This document shows positions 28,572 through 37,607 of a stretch of 59,585 bases of DNA, in pieces. How positions within the stretch are numbered: position 1 is the stretch's first letter; the number at the start of each line of letters is the position of its first letter. The notes beneath the pieces are model-generated. The model was not told the origin of the DNA. It saw nothing but the letters and a program-made list of their open reading frames with translations, and searched no databases. Position numbers and translations under genes: made by a program. The stretch lies in IMG/VR virus record IMGVR_UViG_3300011409_000288, positions 1 to 59,585 of that record. One strand, 5' to 3'. The DNA comes from a virus (lineage: Duplodnaviria; Caudoviricetes).

Positions 28572-28827
28572 TGAGCCTATCAAGGGATGGATGAGTCCCG
28601 TGCGCCAGGCAATGGCCGAACCCCGGTCGCTCCTGATGGGTGGGATTCCACAGGGGGTGTGTGCAGGGATTGTGATGGGCACGGTGTGTGGGAGCCTCCT
28701 CTGGTGGAGGAGTCTCTTCCTGGGAGGGCTCGTTTATCTGATCTGTGTCACCGCAACCCAATGGGAAGTGCAGTGGTGGGATATGCTAAAGCGGTACTTG
28801 ACCTATCATCAACACTATGAGGGGTAA
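28561..28827 (+). CDS. virB3: VirB3/TrbD-like protein
   Basis: PVRQAMAEPRSLLMGGIP plus two TM helices, just before VirB4. Confidence 0.8.
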   Translation: MEHDEPIKGWMSPVRQAMAEPRSLLMGGIPQGVCAGIVMGTVCGSLLWWRSLFLGGLVYLICVTATQWEVQWWDMLKRYLTYHQHYEG

Positions 28828-28833
28828 GGGCAG

Positions 28834-31800
28834 ATGTGGATTCGAGACTATGCCCGCGAGCCGGTGCGGGTGGGGGAACTGGTCTTCTGGGACACGATGC
28901 CGACTTCGACGATCATCCATCAGAAAGATAATAGCCTGATGGCCTGTCTCCGCATACGCGGGCAGGATCTCTACAGCAGCCTGGATAGTGCGCTGGTCCT
29001 TCAGGCACGAAAGCTCAACGCCGTGTTTCGCCGTCTCACCGGAGGTTGGGGCGTGATGACCGATGCCAGGCGGCACATGGTCCAGACGTACCCGGATCTC
29101 ACCTGGCCCGACCCAGTGAGTCGGCTGGTGGATCAGGAACGGCGTACCTTCTTTCTTGCCCCTGGCAATCTCTACGACACAGACACCGTACTTAGTCTGG
29201 TCTACCGTGGCCCCCGGACACAGCAGGCCAGGTGGAAAACCCTGATGTATACCAATCTCCCCGAGGAGGATCAGGCAGAGGGACAGTATCGGTATTTTGA
29301 GGAGGAAGTGGCGCGGCTCGCTGGGCTCCTGCAGGACTGTTGTGCGAACGTGACGCGCCTCAGTGATACCGATCTCCTGACGTACCTCCATAATACCGTC
29401 AGCCCGACCCCGCACCAGGTGGCCGTGCCTGATCCTGCCGCCTATTTGGACACCTATCTGACCTATGAGGCGGATCTCAGGCGTACATGGGTACCAGGGA
29501 GCGTCATACGGTGGCCAAGGATAGGAGACCAATGGGTGCGGTGTGTTGGGGTAAAGGCATATCCCTCTGCAACCCAACCGGGCATGTTAGAGAGCCTGGC
29601 GCAGCTCCCTATGGAGTATCGGGCAACCACGCGGTATGTGCCACTCGACCGCACCAAGGCAACCAGCGAGTTGCGCAGGTATCGCAAGGCACACTACGGT
29701 CAACGTAAAAGTGTCACAGCGGTCCTCAAGGAACGCACCACGGGCGAAGAAAGTCCACTCATGGAGCAGGCCGCGCTGGATTGGGAGCAGGAAGCGAGCG
29801 AGGCACAGGCCGAGGTCCAACATGGCACCGTCAGTTATGGGTATCTGACGCAAACGGTTGTGGTGTGGGGAGAGACGTTCCAGGAGGCGACCGAGAAGGC
29901 AACCCTGGTCGAAACCACCCTCAACAATGCCGAGTTTGTTGCCAAGGTCGAAGGATTGAACACGATGGATGCCTGGGTGGGCAGTCTCCCAGGCAATATG
30001 GTCGCCAATGTGCGGAAACCCTTGCTCCATTCCCAGAACGTTAGCCATTTGATTCCAGCGACCTGCCCCACGGCAGGGGTTCCCTGGAATACGCATCTCA
30101 ATGGCCCCCCCTTGTTACGCACGGTAGGTCGCGGGCAGACCCCCTTCAATCTCGACACCTACGATGGGGATGTCGGGATGGCATATATCGCGGGTCCGGT
30201 GGGGTGCCATGCCACGGGAACAGCAATTCTTATGGCAGATGGGGAAAAGAAGGCCGTCGAAGATATTCAGGTTGGGGAGTGTGTGATGGGTCCAGATGCG
30301 CGGCCACGGTTAGTAGAGTCACTCCATCGTGGCCGCGCAATGATGGTAGAAATCCGTCCAACAAAAGGCGCTCCCTTTATTGTCAACCTTGACCATGTAC
30401 TGTCATTGCGTCGTACCAATGATGGTTCACGATTCGACGGAACGATCATGAATATCTCAGTACGGGAGTGGCTCCAGCGGAGTGAGACCTTCAAGGGGCT
30501 TCATAAACTGTACAGAACAGGAGTGGATTTTCCCCACGGCGCAGCACTGCCGCTTCCCCCATATCTGCTTGGGGTACTTTTAGGCGATGGCGATCTTCAG
30601 AGTACGCCAGTCATTGCTAACCCAGATCCTGAGATTTATGAAGCCGTCGTCTCGTATGCGGCAGTGTGTGGATATAGGGTAGGAGAGGTATATAGCAATA
30701 GTAGTGGATGTCCGCACTATCGGATCACCCATCCCATGGGAATCCGACGCCCCAAGATGAGTCGTAATCCTGTCACAGTCATACTTGAACAGCTCCAGTT
30801 GCGCGGGTGTATCAGCGCAACAAAATTTATCCCGCAGCAGTACAAAACGGGATCACGGGCCGACAGGCTCAACCTCCTAGCGGGGCTTCTCGACACGGAC
30901 GGATCATTGTCACGAAACAGTTACGACTATATAAGCCAGTCGTTAAGACTTGCGGAAGATGTCTGTTTTGTTGCGCGAAGCCTTGGGCTCGCCGCGTACC
31001 TCACACCATGTGAGAAATACTGCCAAACAGGAGGTGGTGGAACCTACTACCGCGTCAGTATCTCTGGGAATGCAGAAATCATTCCCTGTCGTGTTAAACG
31101 GAAACAGGCGGCGCCGAGGCGACAGAAGAAGTCTGTTCTCATGACAGGCTTTACCGTCCATCCCGTTGGTATGGGAGAGTATTATGGTTTTACCTGTGAG
31201 AGCGACCATTTGTATCTACTAGGAGATTTTACGGTCACACATAATAGTGGCAAGAGCACCGCACTTGCCACCATGGCGATGGCCTGGCTGCAATACCCAG
31301 GCGCGGAGGTGAAGATTTTCGATACGGGGCAGTCGTTACGGTGTACGACCTATGCAGTGGGTGGGCACTGGTATGACATCAGCGCCGAACTCGAACGCAC
31401 CATGGGCCTGGGAGGGAAACTGGACGATGCGGATACGAAGCTCTGGGGAACCCCCTGGACGCCACCCAAGGAACGGTGGCAGTGCTTTGAAATGGAGGAC
31501 CTGCTCAAGACCCCAGAGGTGATGGCGGACGTGATTCGTCCGTTGCTCCATACACTCACAGAGCGCCTGACCGGCGCTCCGGCCCTGTTTGTCTTTGATG
31601 AGGGGCATCTCTACCTGTTGCACAAGGTCTTTGAGCGGGGGATTGATGACTACATCCGTGGAATCCGCAAGAAGAATGGGGCAGTACTCTTTGCGACCCA
31701 GAGCATTGCGGATGTCGCACGGAGTGACCTGGCAGCAATTATGAGCGACTCCTGCATGACGCGCATTCTGTTGCCGAATTTTCATGCCCTGGAGCCCCAG

Positions 31801-32082
31801 ACCGCTGCGATCTACGACGGGTGGGGGGTGAATGCCAGGGAACGTGACATTATTGCGCATCTCACCCCGAAGCGGGATTACTACGTCCAGAGCCGGCAGG
31901 GGTGCCGTGCCTTTGAATTACACCTTGGGCCAGTCGCCCTGGCGTTTGCGGGCGCGAGTCAAAAGCCTGATCTCGCTTTGATGGACACCCTGTATACAGG
32001 GAATGGTGTGCAGTTTGCCCGCGAGTGGCTGCATGCCAAAGGACTCCACACCTATGCGGATACCTTAAAGGAGGACGTATGA
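28834..32082 (+). CDS. virB4: VirB4/TrbE ATPase containing an intein
   Basis: QKDNSLMACLRIRGQD, WPDPVSRLVDQERR, GSLPGNMVANVRKP, split Walker A GPVG|SGKST, FDEGH, RKKNGAVLFATQS. Confidence 0.93.
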   Translation: MWIRDYAREPVRVGELVFWDTMPTSTIIHQKDNSLMACLRIRGQDLYSSLDSALVLQARKLNAVFRRLTGGWGVMTDARRHMVQTYPDLTWPDPVSRLVDQERRTFFLAPGNLYDTDTVLSLVYRGPRTQQARWKTLMYTNLPEEDQAEGQYRYFEEEVARLAGLLQDCCANVTRLSDTDLLTYLHNTVSPTPHQVAVPDPAAYLDTYLTYEADLRRTWVPGSVIRWPRIGDQWVRCVGVKAYPSATQPGMLESLAQLPMEYRATTRYVPLDRTKATSELRRYRKAHYGQRKSVTAVLKERTTGEESPLMEQAALDWEQEASEAQAEVQHGTVSYGYLTQTVVVWGETFQEATEKATLVETTLNNAEFVAKVEGLNTMDAWVGSLPGNMVANVRKPLLHSQNVSHLIPATCPTAGVPWNTHLNGPPLLRTVGRGQTPFNLDTYDGDVGMAYIAGPVGCHATGTAILMADGEKKAVEDIQVGECVMGPDARPRLVESLHRGRAMMVEIRPTKGAPFIVNLDHVLSLRRTNDGSRFDGTIMNISVREWLQRSETFKGLHKLYRTGVDFPHGAALPLPPYLLGVLLGDGDLQSTPVIANPDPEIYEAVVSYAAVCGYRVGEVYSNSSGCPHYRITHPMGIRRPKMSRNPVTVILEQLQLRGCISATKFIPQQYKTGSRADRLNLLAGLLDTDGSLSRNSYDYISQSLRLAEDVCFVARSLGLAAYLTPCEKYCQTGGGGTYYRVSISGNAEIIPCRVKRKQAAPRRQKKSVLMTGFTVHPVGMGEYYGFTCESDHLYLLGDFTVTHNSGKSTALATMAMAWLQYPGAEVKIFDTGQSLRCTTYAVGGHWYDISAELERTMGLGGKLDDADTKLWGTPWTPPKERWQCFEMEDLLKTPEVMADVIRPLLHTLTERLTGAPALFVFDEGHLYLLHKVFERGIDDYIRGIRKKNGAVLFATQSIADVARSDLAAIMSDSCMTRILLPNFHALEPQTAAIYDGWGVNARERDIIAHLTPKRDYYVQSRQGCRAFELHLGPVALAFAGASQKPDLALMDTLYTGNGVQFAREWLHAKGLHTYADTLKEDV
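30205..31245 (+). mobile_element. Intein (347 aa) with LAGLIDADG homing endonuclease
   Basis: Starts CHATGTAILMADG, block B VNLDHVLSL, LLGVLLGDG and LLAGLLDTDG, ends VTHN followed by Ser. Confidence 0.95.
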
Positions 32083-32483
32083 AAACATGCTGGCACAAGC
32101 ATGCCTGGGATATCGTCATTCTCGGTGAACTGATCATCGTGGCCATCTTCTTCCTGAGCCTGCTGCTCGCCGGATGCACCATGATGCTGTCGGAACACAG
32201 CGCAGGGGAAGTGCGACAGGTGGTGACACATGAATCCGTGCCTGCTACCTATCAACGCGCCTACCGTGCGGCCCAAAAGATGGGTGGGAGGATTCTCCGC
32301 GAAGAACCGGAACATTATGTGTTTGTCGCTGCTGTCAAAGAGGTCGTGGCGCTGCATGTCAGTGTCGACCGAATTGACACCGGGACCCAGATGACCGTGC
32401 GTGGCTCCATCCTGCCCAAGCATGTGGCGTTTGGCTTACTCACGGAGGTGGATGATTTTGTCCAGGCATATCGGGCGAACTAA
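32079..32483 (+). CDS. Lipoprotein in T4SS operon (possible entry exclusion)
   Basis: Hydrophobic N-terminus ending LLAG|C. Confidence 0.6.
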   Translation: MKTCWHKHAWDIVILGELIIVAIFFLSLLLAGCTMMLSEHSAGEVRQVVTHESVPATYQRAYRAAQKMGGRILREEPEHYVFVAAVKEVVALHVSVDRIDTGTQMTVRGSILPKHVAFGLLTEVDDFVQAYRAN

Positions 32484-33255
32484 GTGGTGGCTCGCGGTCG
32501 GCGTGATGAGTGTGTTCCTTGGAACAAGTGAGGCTGTGGTGTTTCATGATGGAGCCAGTAACGCACAACGGATGCTGGAATTTGTCTGGCATCAAGCCAA
32601 TGAGGTAAAGAAGTACGCCCAGATGCTAGAAGATGCCCGCATGTGGGCGGAACAACTCCGCAGTATGTATACGATGATTGAGCAAAATGCGAAGCATCTA
32701 GCCGACATGCCAAAGGGGAGCAACATCCTGGATTGGGTGAGTGTGACGAATCAACGCACGATTGGCATTCTCAGTCGGGTGCAACGGATCGGGTTTGACC
32801 TGGATAGGACCAGTGCCCAATTTGAAAAGCTCTACCGGGATACCACGATGTTAATGACCCCCGAAGGACGGGAACAACGGCTCCGCGAGATGCAGGCCGC
32901 TCGGTTAGAGATGGTGGGCGTCAGTATGCAGGCGCAGAGTATTAAAGACACGTTTGTATCCATCTATACGCGCCTGACCACGTTGCTGGGCGCATCCTCC
33001 TGGGCTGAAGGGACCAGGGCACTGCAACAAATCCAGGCCCAACAGCGGGCGCTGGCGCAGCAACAAGCAGAGTTGGGCCTCACCATGCAGGCAGTGAACT
33101 TTCGGCTGCAATCGATGAAAGACGCCGAAGAGATTGTACGGCAGCGGATGGATGACGCAGCGGCACAATACAACGCACAACGATTTATGGAAGGCTTTCA
33201 CAGTGTCACCGTGCGTGGTATTGGTGAAGGACAGGGCTTTCATTTGCCCAGGTAA
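32452..33255 (+). CDS. TrbJ/VirB5-like protein
   Basis: Signal peptide, VVFHDGASN, Gln-rich helices, AEGTRALQQ; precedes VirB6. Confidence 0.72.
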   Translation: MILSRHIGRTKWWLAVGVMSVFLGTSEAVVFHDGASNAQRMLEFVWHQANEVKKYAQMLEDARMWAEQLRSMYTMIEQNAKHLADMPKGSNILDWVSVTNQRTIGILSRVQRIGFDLDRTSAQFEKLYRDTTMLMTPEGREQRLREMQAARLEMVGVSMQAQSIKDTFVSIYTRLTTLLGASSWAEGTRALQQIQAQQRALAQQQAELGLTMQAVNFRLQSMKDAEEIVRQRMDDAAAQYNAQRFMEGFHSVTVRGIGEGQGFHLPR

Positions 33256-33265
33256 GGAGAACGCA

Positions 33266-33475
33266 ATGGGATCAGGGATACGACTCGGGATAGGGATGCG
33301 CATAGGCAATGTCATCCTGAGTATTAGTAATGTGTTGCTAGGGGTGGTGATGCTCTCGGGCATTGGGTTGCTGGTCATCCGTCAATGGGTACCTGCGGCC
33401 ATCATCATCATTGGTGGGAACTGGCTCCATCACCTGCTGTGGGTGTGGCTAGAGAGGAGGCTTCGTGGGCGTTGA
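33266..33475 (+). CDS. Small two-TM membrane protein
   Basis: AAGGAG RBS; hydrophobic. Confidence 0.55.
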   Translation: MGSGIRLGIGMRIGNVILSISNVLLGVVMLSGIGLLVIRQWVPAAIIIIGGNWLHHLLWVWLERRLRGR

Positions 33476-34373
33476 ACCAGGGATCATGACACAGTTGCTG
33501 AAATCGTTTGTCTTTACGTTTAGTAGCGGGGGTGCACGGCTAGTCCCTGATGCGCTCCTCATCCTCGGGTTGCTGGCCGTGATCGAGATCGCGCTGGTCG
33601 GCCTCTGGCTCACCTGGGGGGAAGGACAATCGGTCGCGGGAGTGATTGTCAAACTGGTTGGCATCGTGTTTGTCGCGGTGCTGATTCAACACTGGCAACG
33701 CCTGACCAAATTGATCATCGATGGGTTTATCGGGTTCGGGTTGCGAGCGGGAGGGGATGCGATCAGTATCACGGATTTCACCGACCCTGGCAATATCGCG
33801 GCCTACGGCTTCTCGGTGACTGGTACCATTTTTGATCGGCTCATGAGTTATACCGGGTGGCAAGCGATCCAGAACATTCCTGAGATTCTGCTGGCAGGAC
33901 CGATTGCGCTCCTGATTGTAGCCGCGTACTTTGCGCTCGCCATCTGGATCTTTGTCACCCTGATCGAGTTCTATGCACATGCGGCGATCACAACGGTGCT
34001 CCTCCCGTTTGCGATTAGTCCCAAGGTGGCATTTCTGGCTGAGAAAGCCATCGCGGTCATCTTTGCGTCAGGCATGCGCCTGCTGGTGCTCTCGTTTATT
34101 ACCGCAGCCACCTTGCCTATTCTCGTCGCCCAACAACCTGGGCTCAACCCCAGCCTCAAGTCGCTCCTGGGGCAACTCCTGGGGGCAGCGGCAATCTGTT
34201 GCCTGGCTTGGCGGGCAGATAAGAGTGCCCAGGCATTGCTGCATGGCGCTCCACGTTTGACCATCCAAGATGTGGTGCAATTTGCACACACTGCACGGTC
34301 GGTTGCCGGAAGCATGGGTGGAGCCGCACATGCCGCTCGGGAAATCGCCATGGGAAGGAGACGGATCATATGA
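33465..34373 (+). CDS. trbL: TrbL/VirB6
   Basis: Polytopic; FTDPGNIAAYG, IFVTLIEF, LLPFA...AFLAEKA. Confidence 0.88.
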   Translation: MGVEPGIMTQLLKSFVFTFSSGGARLVPDALLILGLLAVIEIALVGLWLTWGEGQSVAGVIVKLVGIVFVAVLIQHWQRLTKLIIDGFIGFGLRAGGDAISITDFTDPGNIAAYGFSVTGTIFDRLMSYTGWQAIQNIPEILLAGPIALLIVAAYFALAIWIFVTLIEFYAHAAITTVLLPFAISPKVAFLAEKAIAVIFASGMRLLVLSFITAATLPILVAQQPGLNPSLKSLLGQLLGAAAICCLAWRADKSAQALLHGAPRLTIQDVVQFAHTARSVAGSMGGAAHAAREIAMGRRRII

Positions 34374-35008
34374 GTACCGCCAATCATTTTCTGGACGGGC
34401 GGAAATACCGCGTCGATGAGATCGGGGAAGTTGCCGCGCACCGCAACTGGTGGCGTGCCCTCGCCTTTGGGGAGCTTGGCTGTATCGCGCTCCTCATTCT
34501 CGGGATCGTCTACCTGGCGGTACTGCGCAGGGAAATTCCCTACTTCATTGAGTGGAACAGCGCCTCGGGGGATATGCGGCCTCTCAAGCTGGCTCCCCAG
34601 GCCCCAGAAGAAAATATGACCGTGCACTACTGGCTCAGTCAATTTGTCGTCACCCTGCGCGCCATTTCGACCGATAGGGATCTGATGAAGGATCGCTGGA
34701 ACACGGCCATGACCAGACTGACAAAAGAAGGCCGGGGACGATTAGTCCAGTACGAACAAGCGTTCAAACCACTGACCCAACAGGAGCCCGTCAAGGTAGA
34801 AATCCTCCAACGACTCCGACAGACCAAACGGACCTGGGACGTGCGGTGGAAGGAAACACGGTATAACGCCGAAGACCAACGGTACCTTGGGGAAGAAACC
34901 TATCGCGGGATTTTTACCTTTGAGCAGCGGAGTCCACGCACCACAGACGAACGGGAACAAAACCCGGCCGGTATCTTCTGGCACGAATGGAGCTGGTCTC
35001 CAGAATAA
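34370..35008 (+). CDS. trbF: TrbF/VirB8
   Basis: RNWWRALAF plus TM, IPYFIE, RAISTD, WDVRWKE, QNPAGIF. Confidence 0.85.
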   Translation: MSTANHFLDGRKYRVDEIGEVAAHRNWWRALAFGELGCIALLILGIVYLAVLRREIPYFIEWNSASGDMRPLKLAPQAPEENMTVHYWLSQFVVTLRAISTDRDLMKDRWNTAMTRLTKEGRGRLVQYEQAFKPLTQQEPVKVEILQRLRQTKRTWDVRWKETRYNAEDQRYLGEETYRGIFTFEQRSPRTTDEREQNPAGIFWHEWSWSPE

Positions 35009-35026
35009 TAAGAGGGAGCACAGTCG

Positions 35027-36202
35027 ATGCAGCAGACCCCACAACCCAGACTCCGCAAGAGTGCCCTGATAGCCGGAGGGGTGGTGATCGTTGGGCTCGG
35101 CGCGGCGATCCTGTATGGACCTGGGATGATTCCCCTCCCAGCGCTGCCTGACTTGCCTACCCCTGCCCCTGCGGTCGAAGTCGTACAACTCCCGGAGGAG
35201 TTTAGTCAACGCTCGCCCATATATGGCAAGGATGCGCCCAAGAAGAAGGTGGAGGTATGGGAACCTCCTATTGTAGCTCAGTCCACGCAAGGGACAGCGA
35301 GCAGCGTCCCTGCGGCCCTTCCTGGAGGAGAGAAGGGGATACTCCAGCAGATCAACCCCTTTGATGGGGTGATGAACCTTCCTAAACCAGCCCAAGATCT
35401 AGGGAACCATACAGGAGGGGGTGTGCCGAAGAATCAGGTTGCTACTCCCACGGTCAAAGAGAAGCCCAAGCCGAAACGATGGGAGGCCTTGGCAAAAGCG
35501 ACAGTAGCGTCGAAAAACACCACAGAGACCACGCAGGCCGTGGGCAGCAGTGGGACCAAGACCCCAAGCCAGGCATCGTCCCTTATCACCCCCGCTGAGT
35601 GGGCGATTCCTGCAGACCCGCTCCATACGATTTATGAAAGCATGACGTTGGAAGGCGAACTGCTCCAAGTGCTACATAGCGACATCCAAGGGCAACTGCT
35701 TATCCGATTGACGATCCCTGTCTTTGACAAATTTGGCTATGACGTCACCATTCTTCCAAAAGGCACACTCGTGGTCGCCTACCAGGATGAGAAACCGGAG
35801 TATGGGCAGACGCGGCTGAAAGTCCGTCTCAAACAACTAGAGTTGCCATCAGGGGAAGTCGTGAGATTGAGCGGGACTGTAGGTGATGAGGACGGCAGCA
35901 ACGGGCTCTCCGGCAAGGTCAATAACCACTACGGGAAACTCGCCCTGGCGACCGGGATCTCTGCTGTCCTCAACATTGGCGCACGGAGTCTGGTTGGCAC
36001 CCCTGGGACGAATCAGTTCTTCCAAAATCCTGCGCAACAGGCCGCACAAGATATTGGCAGCGATGTACAGCAAAGCGCCAAAGGTATTGTCGACCGTGAA
36101 CTCAAGATTCCACCAACGATCAGTCGTAAGGCAATGACCTTTTGTTCCATCAAACTGGACAAGAATATTCAGTTCAACCGGCCACCCATCGTGGCACAGT
36201 AG
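35027..36202 (+). CDS. trbI: TrbI/VirB10
   Basis: TM plus Pro-rich stalk, SDIQG, ILPKGT, DEDGSNGLSGKVNNHY, KIPPTI. Confidence 0.9.
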   Translation: MQQTPQPRLRKSALIAGGVVIVGLGAAILYGPGMIPLPALPDLPTPAPAVEVVQLPEEFSQRSPIYGKDAPKKKVEVWEPPIVAQSTQGTASSVPAALPGGEKGILQQINPFDGVMNLPKPAQDLGNHTGGGVPKNQVATPTVKEKPKPKRWEALAKATVASKNTTETTQAVGSSGTKTPSQASSLITPAEWAIPADPLHTIYESMTLEGELLQVLHSDIQGQLLIRLTIPVFDKFGYDVTILPKGTLVVAYQDEKPEYGQTRLKVRLKQLELPSGEVVRLSGTVGDEDGSNGLSGKVNNHYGKLALATGISAVLNIGARSLVGTPGTNQFFQNPAQQAAQDIGSDVQQSAKGIVDRELKIPPTISRKAMTFCSIKLDKNIQFNRPPIVAQ

Positions 36203-36210
36203 GAGCATCC

Positions 36211-36411
36211 ATGGAAACAGGTTGGCAACCCATTGAGACGGCACCACGCCGAAGGAAAGCGTTGCTCCTCCTGTGGAGCAAGCCCCCTGGGCTCCTGCGC
36301 GTAGGGTATTTCTCGCATGAGTACAAGAAGTGGGTCGCCCAGGAACACGGGCTCCCCATCTTTACGCAACCGACGCATTGGCATCCGCTGCCTCAACCAC
36401 CGAAAGGATAA
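36211..36411 (+). CDS. DUF551-like small phage protein
   Basis: WQPIETAP...PTHWHPLPQPP. Confidence 0.85.
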   Translation: METGWQPIETAPRRRKALLLLWSKPPGLLRVGYFSHEYKKWVAQEHGLPIFTQPTHWHPLPQPPKG

Positions 36412-36413
36412 AC

Positions 36414-37094
36414 ATGGAACATCCAACGCATCTACTGCTCTGTGCCCTGTTCGTTGGTGGCTGTACCCTCGCCGTCGAGCCCGAACCGCCTGTCCCACCA
36501 TCTGAGCTGCCAGCACAGGTGGTCGACGTGTACCAGGCTCCATACTGTCCCATTGAAAGGGTTGAAATTGGCTTACTGGAGCGTTCTCTGGCAACTCTAC
36601 CCCAGCGCCCTGCGGTATCACCCACGAAGAAAGGCGAGCGGCCTGTCACGGCTGCGCAACTGGTGCAGCACGCACAGAAAGTGGCGCGGATAGAACCGAT
36701 GGAGCGCGGCTATTTTGGGCAAAGCGGCGAGCACACCTATCCCTGGATACCAGGCAAGGTGTATACGGTGTACCTGTCGAAGCAGCAGGTCACTGGAATC
36801 TTCCTGCCGCCTGGGGAACGGTTGGTGAGTGGGCTGCATCTAGACCCGGAAGCCTACGAGGTAAAAACCGACCAGGCAGGGAAGGGGGATGGCGCGTATG
36901 ATGCCATTACGATTCGGCCTCTGGGTGATACCGGGGAAGTGGATGTGTTTCTACTCACGGAATCCAGTCGGCGCTACCTGCTCCATCTGGTCGTTGGCAA
37001 AGTGGGGATGCTTGCCGTGACATTCGAAGGGGCGCATACCACAAAACCTCCCGAGACAGCCCCACGGTTAGTATTGCCGAAACCGTCGCCGTAA
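36414..37094 (+). CDS. TrbG/VirB9-like protein (short, with lipobox)
   Basis: VGG|C; YPWIPGKVYTVY, IFLPPGE, ITIRP, TESSRRYLLHL. Confidence 0.75.
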   Translation: MEHPTHLLLCALFVGGCTLAVEPEPPVPPSELPAQVVDVYQAPYCPIERVEIGLLERSLATLPQRPAVSPTKKGERPVTAAQLVQHAQKVARIEPMERGYFGQSGEHTYPWIPGKVYTVYLSKQQVTGIFLPPGERLVSGLHLDPEAYEVKTDQAGKGDGAYDAITIRPLGDTGEVDVFLLTESSRRYLLHLVVGKVGMLAVTFEGAHTTKPPETAPRLVLPKPSP

Positions 37095-37607
37095 TGGGGT
37101 GGTCAGTTGGCAGACGTTGTAATGGAAAAGGAGTCGCGTACAGTAATCAGGTCTAGTGAACCCGGCTTGCGATACGCAAAGATCAGTTGGACAATGGGAC
37201 GCTGCGCAGGCGTCCCATGCGCATGCAGCGACAGGAGCGCGGCCATGAACGTGATTTGGGCATCGCCTTGCTCGGTCGGGATAATGTGGTAGCCTGGACG
37301 AATAGTCAGTGCCATAATGCTGCTCCTAACCAAGTTGACGCAAGGCCTTCAGATCCTGCGCAATCTCAACCTGCATCCGTTGTGCCCCGACGAGATCGCC
37401 GGCGCGCCGCATCCTGGAGGCCAATCGCCGCTTGCGGATGAGTCGACCACGCAAGGCTGTTTGGGAAGGATGGGCAGCACTAGAGCGTTGGATCAGGTCA
37501 TATTCCCATTGCAGACACGCTGGGCACCAGCCCGCGAGGGCCGTACACGTACAGGGAGAACGCCTCTCCTCGGCAGGCTCGGCAACATCAGTCTCCATCT
37601 GTGCCTC

